Shown: positions 60,786 to 64,000 of the stretch, piece by piece
Layout: each line of letters starts with the position of its first letter
Numbering within the stretch: the first letter of the stretch is position 1
Source: Octopus bimaculoides
Lineage: Eukaryota
DNA length: 64,000 nucleotides
Reading direction: 5' to 3'
NCBI RefSeq assembly: GCF_001194135.2
Contig: NC_068992.1
Location: 51,894,716 to 51,958,715, forward strand
Translations under genes and position numbers: made by a program
The notes under the pieces: model-generated
What the model was told of the DNA's origin: nothing
What the model saw: only the letters and a program-made list of their open reading frames with translations
Databases searched by the model: none

Positions 60786-61223
60786 CAATTAAATATAGAT
60801 GTCTATATCTTGTATATTAACAATGAGAAACATCAGTGACAGACATATTTATTAATTAATCTCATTTCATAGAAATATATATGTGTTACATCTCCAGTGT
60901 AAATATTAAGAAGCCAGTACAAAATATGCTGCTCTTACAGTTATTTTCTATATTCCCCTCTTCATTTCTCTATCAACATTTCTCTAACTAACACTTTATT
61001 TGATGGTTTGCAGTTGTATTACATATTATATTAAAATAAATATAGTTTTTAAAAATATTTTCTATATCATTTTCACTTGATAAATACAACAGATCGCAGA
61101 CATTAAATATGTGATTTTATTTCTTATAAATATCTTTTTGTAGCATATTGCAAAGAGAAATGATTTAAGATATTTCATTTAGTTTCAGCAAATGTAAAAT
61201 ATTTTATCTTTTAGTTGACTATT

Positions 61224-61268
<45 letters not shown>

Positions 61269-63689
61269 CACACACACACTTACATGCAGACAGGCTCACA
61301 CATACTCAATGGTTTGCATTTCTTTTATTATGCTAGCATTAGTTTTACATTTAATCGAAGTTGATGATTTTTATATTTTTCACAGTCTGCTGGAATAAAT
61401 ATGTTCTAAAACAGTTCTCTGTCTTACATAAACCATATGACTGTGATATAGTCTCAGTTGGTGTAAGATATGTCACAATGACGACTAGCAATTTTAAGCA
61501 TAAGACGTTGTAAATGGCAGCTTTACACATATGTGCAGCTCTGCAAGCAGAATCAATAACTAACAGATTCCAGATTTAAAACAGGACAGGTTCCTAAATA
61601 GTTACTTACTGGCTGAACTCTCCTAAAACTTCTGTCCTTGAAGTTCTGCTGTCAGTTCAAACCTGCCCATGACAGTTTTATATGCATACACCTATTTACT
61701 CAACCACACACACACACACACACACACACACAAATGCACACTTCATATGAGCAAATCTTGCATTGAAATACTGAATAATAATTTCAACATTTATAACATC
61801 TTTCACTGTAATCTTATATACTCCATCTAACACACTGCATTTTTTTTTTGTAACCTTTCTCTCCATTTATAAATCTTCTCATTTATTTTTTAAAGATATT
61901 GTCATTCTCTTCACATATTACAAGGCAAGATTATTTTAATGACTTGATCAGTACTAAATTTCTCGGTTGATTCCCTGTATGTTATCTTAATTGATCTAAA
62001 TGCTTTTAAGATGTTATTATCCAAGTTGAATATTATATCTCATATAATGTTCTAGCAAATATTGTAAGCCCTTCATGTAGCTCTAGATTAGACTGTCATA
62101 TAATGATAAAATATCTGTGGACAAATTACACAGTTCACATTATTATGTGCAGACAGATGTATTATGCTTCCATTGGCACCCTGCAACCATTCCAGTCACA
62201 TATTTTGACAATGCACACTCACATTCATTATTAATATGTCATTCTTAGATTCAGTACTTAAAAGATAAAGTCTAAAGTCTTGAAATATTAATGCCAGTAG
62301 GAATCTCTGCTAGGTTAACACATGTTCACCAGTGTGTACAGAAATGCCAGTGCTTGTAAGGACATGCGATGTGGAGGAGTGATACCTTGTATGGGGATGG
62401 AAAACAGTAGTATGTAATTAGTGGAAAGGAATTTTTGGCACAGATCAATGAATACTATCTAGTAGTACTGCCTTTTTTGCTTGTGTGTAAAATCATTGCT
62501 TCTTTTTTTTTTTCTGAATGTACTTACATGTAGAAGGAATTAAATTTCACTGAGGTTATTTAATAAGATGTTCAATTTTCAAATTAAGAAATGATAACAT
62601 TGAGTTCCATGGACACCCTTTGAGAAAAACATGCATGACAAAGAGGAAATGATGTGCTAATATGAGGTCCTCTGGATCTGTACAATCATTGTAATCATAT
62701 AAGAAATGACATTAAAATCATGATAATTATGAAAATAGGATGTTATGCATCTCTCACATCATACAACAGACATGGTACCACAGAGTAATAAGTTAGTGTG
62801 TGTGTGTGTGGGGGGAATCTATCTAATAAACATCTGCAGAACATTGGCAAACTTTGTAAAAAGCCAAAGTGCTGGAAATAGTTTGTTTGACTAAACCCTA
62901 CTAGACATTGCTCCAGTCTGGCAATCAAATGATTTAAGTAAGTAAAAGAATAAAAAACTAAAATATTAGTTTGTTATCTTTAAGATTAACTGAAGATATT
63001 GAAATCTGAAGCAAATTATAAAGAGAACCAAAACCTTTATGATATAAGGAGAGATACAACATGGTAGATATATATGGGCTGTGATATTGAATCATCAAAA
63101 GGTTTATAGATGAAAAGCTGATAGTGGGGGTTAATCTATTGCTTTAGAAGTCCAATAAGTATATTTCTTTGATGACTTAAGTTATCAATATTTCTACAGA
63201 AGATCTGTCTACTCTTATATTTTAACAGCTGTCAAGATATCTGAGATATCATTTAACTGATGAGTCTATGGTAATCTCATACACTCTTTTGTGTATGCGT
63301 CACATGTTACACAGCTGGTTCTGGCTCTGTAAGACTATGTTGCCATTTTGCATTTGGTTGAGTACATTTCTGTAACTGCTGAGCCAAGACTGCCCTGTTA
63401 GTTATCCCAGAGGCTTGCTTTAGCAAAAGCTACGAAACGATGCCTCATGCTGGATGCTAACCTGGAAGTTTTAAGGTTTTGCATGAAGACTAGGGAAAGA
63501 TAGCTCTAAGTATAAAACTTTGCTTTTTAACAGTGCCTGCAAAGAAGCACAGGCTAAGGGCATCAGATATGTTAATAAATCAGGATAAAAGAAGAGAACA
63601 TGAAGACTTGGTGACTGGAATAATGGTGTATTATGGTTGAAATCCTTTGACTCTCAACAATGAGGATTAGAATTCTCTAGTCAGCTTAT

Positions 63690-64000
63690 GTTGTCTTGTC
63701 GTCGTCATCATCACCACCACAACCACCACCACCACCGTCATCACCACCATCATCACCATATGATGTCCCTTCCTGATACTGGCACCGGTTGGATGGTTTG
63801 ACAGGAGCTTGGCAGCTGTAGAGTTGCCTGGCTTCTATGTCACTACTGATATTGTTTCTATGACTGAATACCTTTCCTAATGCCAACCACTTTACAGAGT
63901 GTACTCGGTGATTTTAGGCAGCACCAGAATAGGTTCTTTTATGTGGCACCACTATGGGTGCCTTACATATGGTACCAGCACCCATGAACCTGCAAGGTTA
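63690..64000 (-). mobile_element. RTE-type 3' tail element with (GAT/GGT)n end, running off the window
   Basis: ggttggatggtttgac and tacctttcctaatgccaaccactttacagagtg are reverse complements of the tail motifs at 16330-16460. Confidence 0.75.

Noticed and set aside
63395-63445. TAGC-AAAA-GCTA-CGAAAC hairpin plus GAAAC
   Set aside because: No CUGANGA box upstream.

Overview
AT-rich, repeat-saturated eukaryotic DNA, most likely from an octopus draft assembly. The species call is an inference from the SINE/LINE families and the microsatellite load. Eight N-gaps are present (541-831, 6229-6550, 19866-20218, 25195-25366, 34717-34811, 35222-35755, 36927-36986, 43221-43658), most flanked by (TA)n/(CA)n runs. 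I could not support any intact host protein-coding gene: the long ORFs in the track are microsatellite or gap translations, or transposon relics, so the window reads as intergenic DNA or a large intron. It contains more than 30 copies of at least three tRNA-derived SINE families, and decayed RTE, CR1 and R4/Dong non-LTR fragments. It also holds a mariner transposase relic, a Penelope GIY-YIG relic, piggyBac-type (TTAA) MITEs and many simple repeats. The most notable unexplained signals are: (i) an 80-nt pri-miRNA-like hairpin at 51891-51970; (ii) three decayed minimal hammerhead-ribozyme motifs in three different non-autonomous repeats, one fused to a tRNA-like Pol III head, with a Penelope endonuclease relic in the same window; (iii) an R4/Dong fragment and an unclassified element sitting in (TAA)n arrays; (iv) a head-to-tail SINE triplet with near-identical target-site duplications; and (v) several inverted arrangements able to form dsRNA. 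Repeat boundaries were read by eye and are approximate (about +/-20 bp).
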